From Desulfotalea psychrophila LSv54 (GTDB taxonomy: Bacteria; Desulfobacterota; Desulfobulbia; Desulfobulbales; Desulfocapsaceae), in the NCBI RefSeq assembly GCF_000025945.1, contig NC_006138.1:270001-302000 (forward strand): a DNA stretch of 32,000 bases. Reading direction: 5' to 3'. A program made the position numbers and the translations under genes. Each line of letters begins with the position of its first letter. Within the stretch, counting starts at the first letter, position 1. Below the pieces are notes generated by a model. It saw only the letters and a program-made list of their open reading frames with translations, was not told where the DNA came from and ran no database searches. Below, in pieces: positions 9,535 to 17,603 of this stretch.

Positions 9535-10974
9535 ATGTCACAGGTAAAAACATTATCCGCGTCCCAGGACTACCCCACCCACGAATGTGGTGTTTGCGGT
9601 ATTTTCGACCATGAAGATGCTGCAAAGCTCACCTACTTCGGCCTCTATGCCCTCCAGCACCGTGGCCAAGAAAGTGCGGGAATTGTTACATCAACCGGCA
9701 AAGAGGTCTTTCTTCACAAAGATATGGGACTTGTGCCCGAGATCTTTACCGAAGATATCCTGCAAGGACTTAAAGGGGACATGTCCATCGGCCATGTACG
9801 CTACTCCACCACCGGTGCGTCCAACTTCACCAATACCCAACCCCTGATGGTTCACCATAAGAACCAGACCCTCTCCGTTGCCCACAATGGCAACCTGGTG
9901 AACTCCACCGAGCTCAGAAACAGGCTCGAGGAGAGTGGTTCTATCTTTCAAACCACCATGGACTCCGAGGCCGTCCTCCATCTCATGGTACGCAACAGCG
10001 GTCCCGATCTCGATAAAACACTGAGCGAGACATTCCGTGCCCTCAAGGGTGCCTATTCCCTGCTCTATATGACCGAGGACACCCTCGTTGCCGTCCGTGA
10101 TCCCGATGGATTTCGCCCCCTCTGCCTTGGTCGCCTGACCACTGGCGGCTGGGTTATAGCCTCTGAAACCTGCGCCCTCGACCTCATCGAGGCCGATTAT
10201 GTACGTGATATCGAGCCGGGTGAAGTTCTTATCATGAAAAGAGGTGAGGAGATGCGCTCCATCTTCCCATGGCCAAAACAGACCCCGCACCACTGCATCT
10301 TTGAGCAGGTCTACTTTGCCCGTCCCGATTCCGATGTCTTTGGTATCAACGTCTATCAATCACGTAAGCAGATGGGTAAGATCCTGGCCCGCGAGGCAAA
10401 GATTGATGCCGATTTCGTTATGCCCTTTCCTGATTCCGGTAACTATGCGGCCATTGGCTATGCACAGGAATCCGGTATTCCCATGGAGATGGGCGTGATC
10501 AGAAATCACTATGTGGGCAGGACATTCATTGAACCAAGCCAGTCCATGCGTGACTTCAACGTCAAGGTCAAGCTCAACCCCGTACGATCTCTCTTGAAGG
10601 GAAAACGGGTTATCATCGTTGAGGATTCTATTATCCGAGGAACAACAGGTAAGAGTCGGGTACGAGCCCTACGCGAGGCGGGGGCCAAAGAGATCCACAT
10701 GGTGGTCAGCTGTCCTCCGACCATGCATGCCTGCTACTATGGCATCGATTTCCCAACCTCATCACAGCTCATTGCCTGCAATAAGAACGTCGAAGAAATC
10801 GCAGAATATCTGGGCCTGGACTCTCTCCACTACCTCAGCCTTGAGGGCATGGTAGAGGCAACGGGTATCCCTAAAGAGCACTACTGTCTGGCCTGTTTCA
10901 ATGGCATTTACCCCATCGCCCCTGATCAAAAATATCACAAAGACGCTCTGGCAACAAAGGTTGTCAAGGGCTAG
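9535..10974 (+). CDS. purF: amidophosphoribosyltransferase
   Basis: Short propeptide then 'CGVCGIFDHEDAAKLTYFGLYALQHRGQESAGIVTS', 'GHVRYSTTGAS', and PRPP loop 'VIIVEDSIIRGTTG'. ATG at 9535 preceded by AAGGA; the track start is 9499. Confidence 0.96.
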   Translation: MSQVKTLSASQDYPTHECGVCGIFDHEDAAKLTYFGLYALQHRGQESAGIVTSTGKEVFLHKDMGLVPEIFTEDILQGLKGDMSIGHVRYSTTGASNFTNTQPLMVHHKNQTLSVAHNGNLVNSTELRNRLEESGSIFQTTMDSEAVLHLMVRNSGPDLDKTLSETFRALKGAYSLLYMTEDTLVAVRDPDGFRPLCLGRLTTGGWVIASETCALDLIEADYVRDIEPGEVLIMKRGEEMRSIFPWPKQTPHHCIFEQVYFARPDSDVFGINVYQSRKQMGKILAREAKIDADFVMPFPDSGNYAAIGYAQESGIPMEMGVIRNHYVGRTFIEPSQSMRDFNVKVKLNPVRSLLKGKRVIIVEDSIIRGTTGKSRVRALREAGAKEIHMVVSCPPTMHACYYGIDFPTSSQLIACNKNVEEIAEYLGLDSLHYLSLEGMVEATGIPKEHYCLACFNGIYPIAPDQKYHKDALATKVVKG

Positions 10975-10982
10975 AATAAATA

Positions 10983-11009
10983 CAGTACAGGGGGATGCCC
11001 CCTGTACTG
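10983..11009. terminator. perfect intergenic hairpin between convergent genes, possible bidirectional terminator
   Basis: CAGTACAGGGGG-ATG-CCCCCTGTACTG, 12-bp stem and 3-nt loop, between the purF stop and the stop of the converging 11011-11865 gene. No strong U-tract on either side. Confidence 0.6.
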
Positions 11010-11010
11010 C

Positions 11011-11865
11011 TTATCTGCGAAAAACCACCGAATAGTCACCTGCAGCACGAGACTCCTCCATGGCCATTCTTGCCTTTTTGATCAACCTAAACTCGGCATC
11101 ATCTAAGTCCTCGTCCTTCTCAATGGAACAGGAAACGCATCCTATCGCCAGGGGCTGCTCACCAAAATTCTTCTCAAGATTCTGCAAGAGAACCCGTTGG
11201 ACGATCTCTGCGGCCTGATCGGCATTGGTTTCCGGCAGGAGAAGGGCAAATTCACGCTTTGTGCAACGACAGGCATGATCCACATAGGAACGGATAGAAG
11301 ACTTTAAAATCAAGCCAATCTCGGCAAGTTGTTCCTTCTCCACATCCTGCAAATAGAGCATGGCCAGATGCATGGGACGTTTTTGCCGCTGGGCACGTTC
11401 GAGTTCACGGGAGAGATGGACAAAGAAGGCGTTACCATCCTCAAGCCCCGTGGCCTCATCAAAATCAGCTATGAGCGAGAGTCTGTAGCGCAGAGCAGAT
11501 TCCCGCCTGGCCCGCTCAATTTTAAGCTCCAGCTCTCTTGCCATAACCGGCTCAGCAACAAAATCCAGGGCACCTCCCTCAACGGCAGCCACATAGACAT
11601 TCTCCTCGTCCGCCCCCACCAGAATGAGGCCAATGCTACGCCTTACCTCCCTCATGGCAATAAGCGCCTCCTCCTCTGCTCCTGCGGGCAGATGATCCAC
11701 CAAAAGGAGATCAACCCTTCTACTACGGGTCGCAACCAATGCCTCGGCATAGTCAACGGCAGTAATCACCCTATAGCCATATCCACGGACGAGCTCCTCC
11801 AAGTTTTTCCCCAGCAGCTCTTCCTCCACCACCAAGAGCAGCACAAATGACGCTTTGCCAATCAT
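11011..11865 (-). CDS. receiver-like domain plus degenerate GGDEF-like domain protein
   Basis: Receiver-like start 'FVLLLVVEEELLGKNLEELVRGYGYRVITAVDYAEAL...VDLLLVDHL'. The C-terminal half has GGDEF-family layout ('ADFDEATGLEDGNAFFVHLSRELERAQR', 'CRCTKREFALLLPETNADQAAEI') but the signature is replaced. Confidence 0.65.
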   Translation of the reverse strand: MIGKASFVLLLVVEEELLGKNLEELVRGYGYRVITAVDYAEALVATRSRRVDLLLVDHLPAGAEEEALIAMREVRRSIGLILVGADEENVYVAAVEGGALDFVAEPVMARELELKIERARRESALRYRLSLIADFDEATGLEDGNAFFVHLSRELERAQRQKRPMHLAMLYLQDVEKEQLAEIGLILKSSIRSYVDHACRCTKREFALLLPETNADQAAEIVQRVLLQNLEKNFGEQPLAIGCVSCSIEKDEDLDDAEFRLIKKARMAMEESRAAGDYSVVFRR

Positions 11866-11919
11866 ATAAGGCTCCTTAATTCATTTTAAAGTCTTCTCTG
11901 TGCCAAGGAGAGAGCTTCC

Positions 11920-12138
11920 CTACTTCTTCTTCCTCGGATCATCTCCTGTTTCAAACATCTCAAAGAGATCATAAAAGAGGCGGGTTACAGCACTGTAGTG
12001 AGTGGCAGAGCCTGAGCTGGCATAGGCCTTAGTCAACTCCATGGCCTTAACAAAACTCTCCTGACTCTCCGCATCATCTCTCTTCTTAAGTGCTGCCACG
12101 AGTTTTTCTCCGACCTTCTGCTCCATAACGACTCCCAA
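11920..12138 (-). CDS. small hypothetical protein (72 aa)
   Basis: Open reading frame between two same-strand genes. No recognised motif. Confidence 0.4.
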   Translation of the reverse strand: MGVVMEQKVGEKLVAALKKRDDAESQESFVKAMELTKAYASSGSATHYSAVTRLFYDLFEMFETGDDPRKKK

Positions 12139-12165
12139 ACCTTTTTGTTTTTTCAGGCCACTATT

Positions 12166-12492
12166 TTATGAAGAGAGTTGCCAGCCATCAAAGCGGGCCG
12201 CAATGCCCGAGAGCTCTGCCTGCCGATAGAGCGCCTGAAAGACCCCCTCCATCCTCGCCAGATGTTCTGTCGAAATTATCCCTGCCCGCTTCAGAACAAT
12301 GATCTGCCAGTCATGCCGGGCGGCATAGCGCCCGCACAGGACCCTACCCTCCTCGTCGGAGGCGGCAAAGACAATCATATTTACCAGACCAGCCTTCCAC
12401 CTCTGAGCCTCAAGGCTCTCAGCACCCGGGCAAACCTCATACTGATACCAGATGGCAGAGAGATTCTCTCCACAATTTTTTCCCGCCTGCAT
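12166..12492 (-). CDS. hypothetical protein (108 aa), downstream of xdhC-like gene
   Basis: Same strand as its neighbours and not overlapped by a better candidate. No family recognised. Confidence 0.45.
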   Translation of the reverse strand: MQAGKNCGENLSAIWYQYEVCPGAESLEAQRWKAGLVNMIVFAASDEEGRVLCGRYAARHDWQIIVLKRAGIISTEHLARMEGVFQALYRQAELSGIAARFDGWQLSS

Positions 12493-12634
12493 ATAACCTC
12501 CACCTCTATGATAAAATCATATCATAAGACAAGATCTCTGTTTTACATAAATAAAAATTTAGAGCGCAGGACGCAAAGAGGCAGCAGAAAGGGGTTCCCT
12601 CTCCGTGAAAAAAGAGAGGGAGGGGGGAAAAAGC

Positions 12635-13651
12635 CTAGAGAAGGGTCTTGGCCCGAACACCAATAAGCTCTGCGGCTATACTAACGGAGATCTCCTCGGG
12701 GGTCTGAGCACCGATGGTCAGACCGATGGGAGAGTGGCAACGATCAATATTCGCCTGAGAAACGCCATCGGCCAACAGGGCGTCGTAGATGGCATTTCGT
12801 TTCTTCTTACTGCCAATCATACCGATATAGCGAGCATCGGTCTTCAGGGCATCTCCCAGAACAGTCAGATCATGGACATGCCCACGGGTAACAATGATGA
12901 TATAGGCATCTTCAGGGATGGAGAGATCGGTACAGCAATCCTCAAAGCTAGCGAGGACACGCACCTCATCAACGGTGGGGAAGCGTTCTACATTGGCAAA
13001 ATCATCTCGATCATCAAGGACCACCGTGCGAAAGCCAAGCATGGCTCCTACCCGGGCAGTAAAGAGGGAGACATGACCGGCACCAAAGATATAGAGCGGA
13101 GCCGGCGGGATAAAGGGTTCGGCAAAGCAGAGCTCCGTTTCGGACTTACTAAAACATGGACTCTCCTTCTCCATGGCCTGTCCGGCCAGGGCAGAGTAGT
13201 CCCCAAGCATCACCTCATGTCCTACGGAGCAAAGAGAATCCCCCTTGGAAAAGGTGGTAGAGAGAACCGCTCTCTCACCCCGGCGCAGCAGGCCATCCAA
13301 CTCCCGATAGGCCAGGGCGCAGGGACCGGTGGACTCAATGGTCTCCAGGAGGACCGAGAGATTACCACCACAGATCATATCTGAGTTAGCGGCCATCTCC
13401 TGGTCCATATCGGTAAAGGTAAGTTCTGCTCGACCATCCTTACAATCCTCAAGCATTCGGCGGGCATCACGACAGGCGATGGCCTCCACGATACCACCGC
13501 CGATGGTACCAATGGCAGTGTGCTGGGCTCGGACAACCATCTTCGCCCCCGAGGAACGCGGGGTAGAGCCGGAGCTCTCTAAAACAGTGGCAAGTACACA
13601 GGGTTCACCCTGCTCAATAAGTTCACACAGGGAACGGACAAAGGCCTTCAT
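12635..13651 (-). CDS. XdhC/CoxI-family molybdenum hydroxylase maturation factor
   Basis: N-term 'EPCVLATVLESSGSTPRSSGAKMVV', 'GTIGGGIVEA', then 'LYIFGAGHVSLFTARVGAMLGFRTVVLDDR', 'DDAYIIIVTRGHVHD' style and C-term 'YIGMIGSKKKR...HSPIGLTIGAQTPEEISVSIAAELI'. Confidence 0.93.
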   Translation of the reverse strand: MKAFVRSLCELIEQGEPCVLATVLESSGSTPRSSGAKMVVRAQHTAIGTIGGGIVEAIACRDARRMLEDCKDGRAELTFTDMDQEMAANSDMICGGNLSVLLETIESTGPCALAYRELDGLLRRGERAVLSTTFSKGDSLCSVGHEVMLGDYSALAGQAMEKESPCFSKSETELCFAEPFIPPAPLYIFGAGHVSLFTARVGAMLGFRTVVLDDRDDFANVERFPTVDEVRVLASFEDCCTDLSIPEDAYIIIVTRGHVHDLTVLGDALKTDARYIGMIGSKKKRNAIYDALLADGVSQANIDRCHSPIGLTIGAQTPEEISVSIAAELIGVRAKTLL

Positions 13652-13654
13652 AGA

Positions 13655-14956
13655 TTATCTCTCCTCATCTATCTGTAGACAGCGTTTGGCCAAACCGGGA
13701 ACAGCCGGCCTGCCGTCGTTTTTTATCTCAATACTTATTTGCAAGGAACCTAACTCAATGGCCCGGAAAATAGTAGGTATCTTTTTCAGGGCAACTCTTA
13801 TGGCAGACTCAAGGCTACCCCCTCTTCCACAGGCCAGGATTCCCAAGCGACCGGGAGCAAGCGATGCACTAAAATCCGCCAGACCAGCAACGGAGTAGAG
13901 AGCCTCGTTCAACTCATCTATTGTCAGTAAAGGCGAAGAATCTTGGGGCAAACGACGAATCCAGGGATCAAGGCGGCGACTGGTACTGCCACAGGGGCAG
14001 GTGTCAGCCAGAATACGACCCAGATCTCCGCTCCGATAACGAATCAGGGGCATGCCCCATCGCTGCAGGGTGGTCAGCACCAATTCGCCAAATTTACCGT
14101 CGGGCAAGGGCTGGCCTGTCTCTGGATCGGTGATCTCTAAAAATATATCGGCCTCCCGCAGGTGCATACCCGAATGGGGGGCACACTGGACGGCACCGCC
14201 AAGACCGGTTTCAATCATGCCCCAGTGCCGATAGGCTCGGCAGCCCCAGATTCTCTCGATATTATGGACAACGGCGGTGGAGGGGGCATCCCAGCAGAGG
14301 AGGACCGAGGCAATTTGGCCATGCCCAAGACCACGCCTGGCCCACTCACAGGCAAGCAGATTAAGATGGGCGGCAGGCCCAATGACACAATCCGCATCCA
14401 CCTGGAGGAGGTGGTCGACGGCTGCTGCCACCTCATCCACCATTCCATGGGAGACGATGTGCACCCCGCGTCGTTCAAGTCCCTCAACGAGAAGACGACC
14501 CACCCCGCCCGGACGGGCTGTGGGCATAAGGAGAAAGGCGGTCTGCCCGGCCGCAACCAGATGAGCCATGCCCGCATCAAAGTAGTCCACCGTTGCCTGC
14601 AGATCACTCTCCGTATAGAAGATGCGCTTAGGGGCACCGGTGGTCCCGGAACTCTGCACGGTCACCGCCCGGGCAATCTCATCCTGAGAGACACAGAGAA
14701 ACTGCTCCGGGCCAGCCCGAAGGTCATCGGCCGTAACCCGGGGTAGGGCCGAGAATGCCTGAAGGCTATCAAGACTTTCCAGCTCAAGGCCGGCAAAATG
14801 GCGGCGATAAAAGGGGCTCTTCTCCCGGGCATGCAGGATCGTCTTCTGCAGATATTTCAGCTGCCAGGCACTCATCTCCTCTGCCGTGGGCGCGCTGCTC
14901 TCCTCCGACATACCCATACGCCTGAGGAGAAGTCGATCAAGATGGGATAGGGCCAT
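13655..14956 (-). CDS. phenylacetate-CoA-ligase-like AMP-dependent ligase (DVU_1553-type as recalled)
   Basis: 'TVQSSGTTGAPKRIFYTESDL' P-loop, 'GMIETGLGGAVQC', 'LPDGKFGELVLTTL', 'LIRYRSGDLGRI', C-term 'LGSLQISIEIKNDGRPAVPGLAKR'. ATG at 14956 preceded by GAGG; the track start is 14986. Confidence 0.83.
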   Translation of the reverse strand: MALSHLDRLLLRRMGMSEESSAPTAEEMSAWQLKYLQKTILHAREKSPFYRRHFAGLELESLDSLQAFSALPRVTADDLRAGPEQFLCVSQDEIARAVTVQSSGTTGAPKRIFYTESDLQATVDYFDAGMAHLVAAGQTAFLLMPTARPGGVGRLLVEGLERRGVHIVSHGMVDEVAAAVDHLLQVDADCVIGPAAHLNLLACEWARRGLGHGQIASVLLCWDAPSTAVVHNIERIWGCRAYRHWGMIETGLGGAVQCAPHSGMHLREADIFLEITDPETGQPLPDGKFGELVLTTLQRWGMPLIRYRSGDLGRILADTCPCGSTSRRLDPWIRRLPQDSSPLLTIDELNEALYSVAGLADFSASLAPGRLGILACGRGGSLESAIRVALKKIPTIFRAIELGSLQISIEIKNDGRPAVPGLAKRCLQIDEER

Positions 14957-16286
14957 TGCATTTTCCTCGATACAGGGTCTCGCCATCCATTGAGGTCAGG
15001 TTATAGGCGCAAAAGGGAATGAGGCGACCGTCTGGAGAGACCACATGGATACAGCACCCCCGCAGCCTCTCAAAATCAAGGGTCCAGGCATCCTGAAAGG
15101 CCATGGCCGAAATGGCCAGGCTATGGCTGGCGGCCCGACTGATAAATCTTCCCAAATCATCCTCTAGCGCCCCGGCCATGGGTAAACTCTGCTTGACTCC
15201 GGCCCACTGCCGCTTAACAAAGGATTTAGCCTTATCGGCCCCCTCTCTGGCTGGCCTGGGAGCACAGTCACACTTGCCTCCGGCGGAGAGCTTTGTCAGC
15301 CCACCCTCCTCGGTGACCATATAGTTGCCATTAAAGGAACAGTGAGAGTGTTCACAGCCCGGAGGTTGAAAATCCGCAGCATGAACAGCACCACCGCTCT
15401 GGACCTCAAGCAGGTCCATCAGCTCCGGCAGGGTGATACGCTCTTCATCCCCGGGCGCCTGCGGATATCTGCCAAAATAGCTGACCGGCTGAAAATGAAC
15501 CCCCCGCACATGGGGAGAGTTCTGCACAGCCAGATCAAGGATTGCCCCCAAATTATGATCATTCAAGCCCGGCACCACCACGGGTACCAGAACAATACCA
15601 ATTCCGGCCTGAGAGAGGGCCTCAATAGCTGCCCTCTTTTCTGCCATGAGGGGACGACCTCGCAGACTGCTATAGATGGCATCTTCGGTGCCATCAAACT
15701 GAAGAAAGACGGAATCAAGGCCCGCCTCGGCCAGCCTCTGAGCATAACCCTCTTCACGGGCAATACGCAGACCATTGGTATTGAGCTGAATAAAGGGAAA
15801 GCCCCTCTTTTTAGCCAGGGCAATGAGCTCCGCCAGATCATCACGCATGGTGGGCTCACCACCAGAGAGCTGAATATTACAAAAGCCCGAAGCAAGCTCC
15901 ACCCGCTCCAGCAGTTGAGAAATTTCTGCCTGACTGGGATCGGGAGCAGCCTTCTTGCCAGAGGAGGCAAAACAGACGGGACAACCCAGATCACAGCGCC
16001 AGGTCACCTCAAGAAGAGCAGTGCAGGTGTGCTGACCATGAGCGGCACAGAGGCCACAGTCATAGGGACAGCCCCTGTCCACCGCAGTAAAAGGGGTCTT
16101 AGGCTGGGAAGGAATCTTGGTCCGGGACCACTCCTTAAAGGAAGTACCGGCTCGCCAAACTACCGTTTTAAAAGCACCATGCTCAGGACACTCCTTCAAC
16201 AGATAGGTATTGCCCTCAATAGTTTCATGGTGAGCGGGGATAGCCTTCAAGCAAACGGGACAGACACTTCTAGCGATGGAGTTCAT
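14937..16286 (-). CDS. radical SAM protein of the COG1964/Tes-like type (TrsS family as recalled)
   Basis: N-term 'SVCPVC...KECPEHG', 'RGCPYDCGLCAAHGQHT', radical SAM 'TWRCDLGCPVC' (CxxxCxxC), 'NIQLSGGEPTMR'. Start overlaps the upstream stop (ATGA). Confidence 0.88.
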   Translation of the reverse strand: MNSIARSVCPVCLKAIPAHHETIEGNTYLLKECPEHGAFKTVVWRAGTSFKEWSRTKIPSQPKTPFTAVDRGCPYDCGLCAAHGQHTCTALLEVTWRCDLGCPVCFASSGKKAAPDPSQAEISQLLERVELASGFCNIQLSGGEPTMRDDLAELIALAKKRGFPFIQLNTNGLRIAREEGYAQRLAEAGLDSVFLQFDGTEDAIYSSLRGRPLMAEKRAAIEALSQAGIGIVLVPVVVPGLNDHNLGAILDLAVQNSPHVRGVHFQPVSYFGRYPQAPGDEERITLPELMDLLEVQSGGAVHAADFQPPGCEHSHCSFNGNYMVTEEGGLTKLSAGGKCDCAPRPAREGADKAKSFVKRQWAGVKQSLPMAGALEDDLGRFISRAASHSLAISAMAFQDAWTLDFERLRGCCIHVVSPDGRLIPFCAYNLTSMDGETLYRGKCNGPIPS

Positions 16287-16738
16287 AAAAGTTCACGCCC
16301 CTCTGTCGGATCACAGCCATTATCAAGCAAGATCTCCCGGACCCGGCCATGGGCATCAGCTAACAGGGAGCCACAGAGAGAGGTATTCATCTGCGGCGTA
16401 CTACCATCAAGAATATCAAGGCAGCGGATACCTGCATGGGCGCTGGTTCTGCTTACAAACCACTGAGCAAACTCTTCCAGCATAAGGGCAAGTTTACCAT
16501 CGGCCTGCTCCATGGCAAGCCCCTTACCTGCATAAAGGCCCAAAAGCAGATTGGCTCCGGCATAGACTCCGCAGGGGCCGGTACCGTCTCCCATGCCATT
16601 ACAGAAACCCGAGGCCGCCCGGACCAGATCCGGATTTTCCCGATCCATCTCATCCAGGGCCAGCAGGACCATGATCTGGGTACAGCAATAACCCTGCGCA
16701 CCTAACTCCATAACTTGCATTCCAATATCATCTAACAT
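16283..16738 (-). CDS. C_GCAxxG_C_C family protein
   Basis: 'SGFCNGMGDGTGPCGVYAGANLLLGLYAG' plus flanking cysteines (GYCCTQ, IRCLD, TSLCG, NGCDP). Translationally coupled to the radical SAM gene. Confidence 0.82.
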   Translation of the reverse strand: MLDDIGMQVMELGAQGYCCTQIMVLLALDEMDRENPDLVRAASGFCNGMGDGTGPCGVYAGANLLLGLYAGKGLAMEQADGKLALMLEEFAQWFVSRTSAHAGIRCLDILDGSTPQMNTSLCGSLLADAHGRVREILLDNGCDPTEGRELL

Positions 16739-17386
16739 CTACTCCTCCTTTTTTTGCCCAACCAATAAATAGTAACCGAGCTGAGGCTGACCGCAGTTGC
16801 ACGCCTGTTCCTCTCCACCGGCAAAGAGAAGCCGGGCCGCCAGTTGATGAAGGAGACGGGAATGATCCTCTACCAAAAGCAGGCGAAAGCCCGCCGCCTC
16901 TACAATCGCCTCTGTTTGCGCCCGGGGCAGGGCCCTGACCGCGCAGGAGGTCCCCCCCGCAGGGTCTCCATGACCACAGAGATCGGAGAGGAGAAGAAAA
17001 GCACCGGGTTGCAGCACCCTGTTAAACTCTGCCAGGCCCTGCTCCGCATCCGGGAAGAGGGAGAGGACACATTCACAAAAGAGGGCCCGAAAAGAGGAGG
17101 AGAGAAAGGGAAGATCATCCCCCCAGGCCTGGACCTGCCCCGTACCACGACCACGCTTAAGCTGAGTCCAGGAGGGCTCTACCCCATGGGCCATGGCTCC
17201 ATAACGCGCGCGCAGACGCTCGACGGTGGCACCAAGGCCACTGCCCACATCAAGAACGGGCCAACCAGGAGCCAGCCCCACAAAGTCCGCGGCCCTATCT
17301 GTTATGGTAAACCCGCCCGGGCGCAGGGTATCCCCGGCAGCCAGGCGAAGCAGTGGCTGTTCCCAGAGAGGTACTGACTGCACCAC
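16739..17386 (-). CDS. class I SAM-dependent methyltransferase (TrsM-like)
   Basis: 'PVLDVGSGLGATVERLRARYGAMAHGVEPS' motif I, 'DDLPFLSSSFRALFCECVLSLF' and 'FNRVLQPGAFLLLSD'. Confidence 0.87.
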   Translation of the reverse strand: MVQSVPLWEQPLLRLAAGDTLRPGGFTITDRAADFVGLAPGWPVLDVGSGLGATVERLRARYGAMAHGVEPSWTQLKRGRGTGQVQAWGDDLPFLSSSFRALFCECVLSLFPDAEQGLAEFNRVLQPGAFLLLSDLCGHGDPAGGTSCAVRALPRAQTEAIVEAAGFRLLLVEDHSRLLHQLAARLLFAGGEEQACNCGQPQLGYYLLVGQKKEE

Positions 17387-17387
17387 C

Positions 17388-17603
17388 CTACTTATCCTCC
17401 AGCAGATGCTCTACCTGATTCATCTTGCCACCGGCCAGACTCTCGGAGATAAAAACCATATTACACTGGGGACATACCGGCAGGGCAACGTTAAAGAGAG
17501 AGTCGAGATACTCTAACTCCACCGGTTTATAGACCAGATCTACCCCACAGGCCGAACATTTCCAACCAGCCGCATCGGCTTCCGCTACCTTAATTAAACT
17601 CAT
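17388..17603 (-). CDS. 71-aa zinc-ribbon/redox-like protein (TrsR-like, DVU_1557-type as recalled)
   Basis: Two CxxC pairs ('WKCSACG' and 'PVCPQCN'). Sits between the methyltransferase and the CCG fusion gene. Confidence 0.75.
   Translation of the reverse strand: MSLIKVAEADAAGWKCSACGVDLVYKPVELEYLDSLFNVALPVCPQCNMVFISESLAGGKMNQVEHLLEDK

Noticed and set aside
12605-13384. 259-aa plus-strand ORF
   Set aside because: Antisense to the well supported XdhC gene.
14937-14939. TGA at the end of the radical SAM gene as a selenocysteine codon
   Set aside because: It overlaps the start region of the next gene and the downstream frame reads into the ligase's coding sequence; no supporting evidence for Sec.
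15342-16466. 374-aa plus-strand ORF
   Set aside because: Antisense to the radical SAM and C_GCAxxG_C_C genes; low-complexity composition without motifs.
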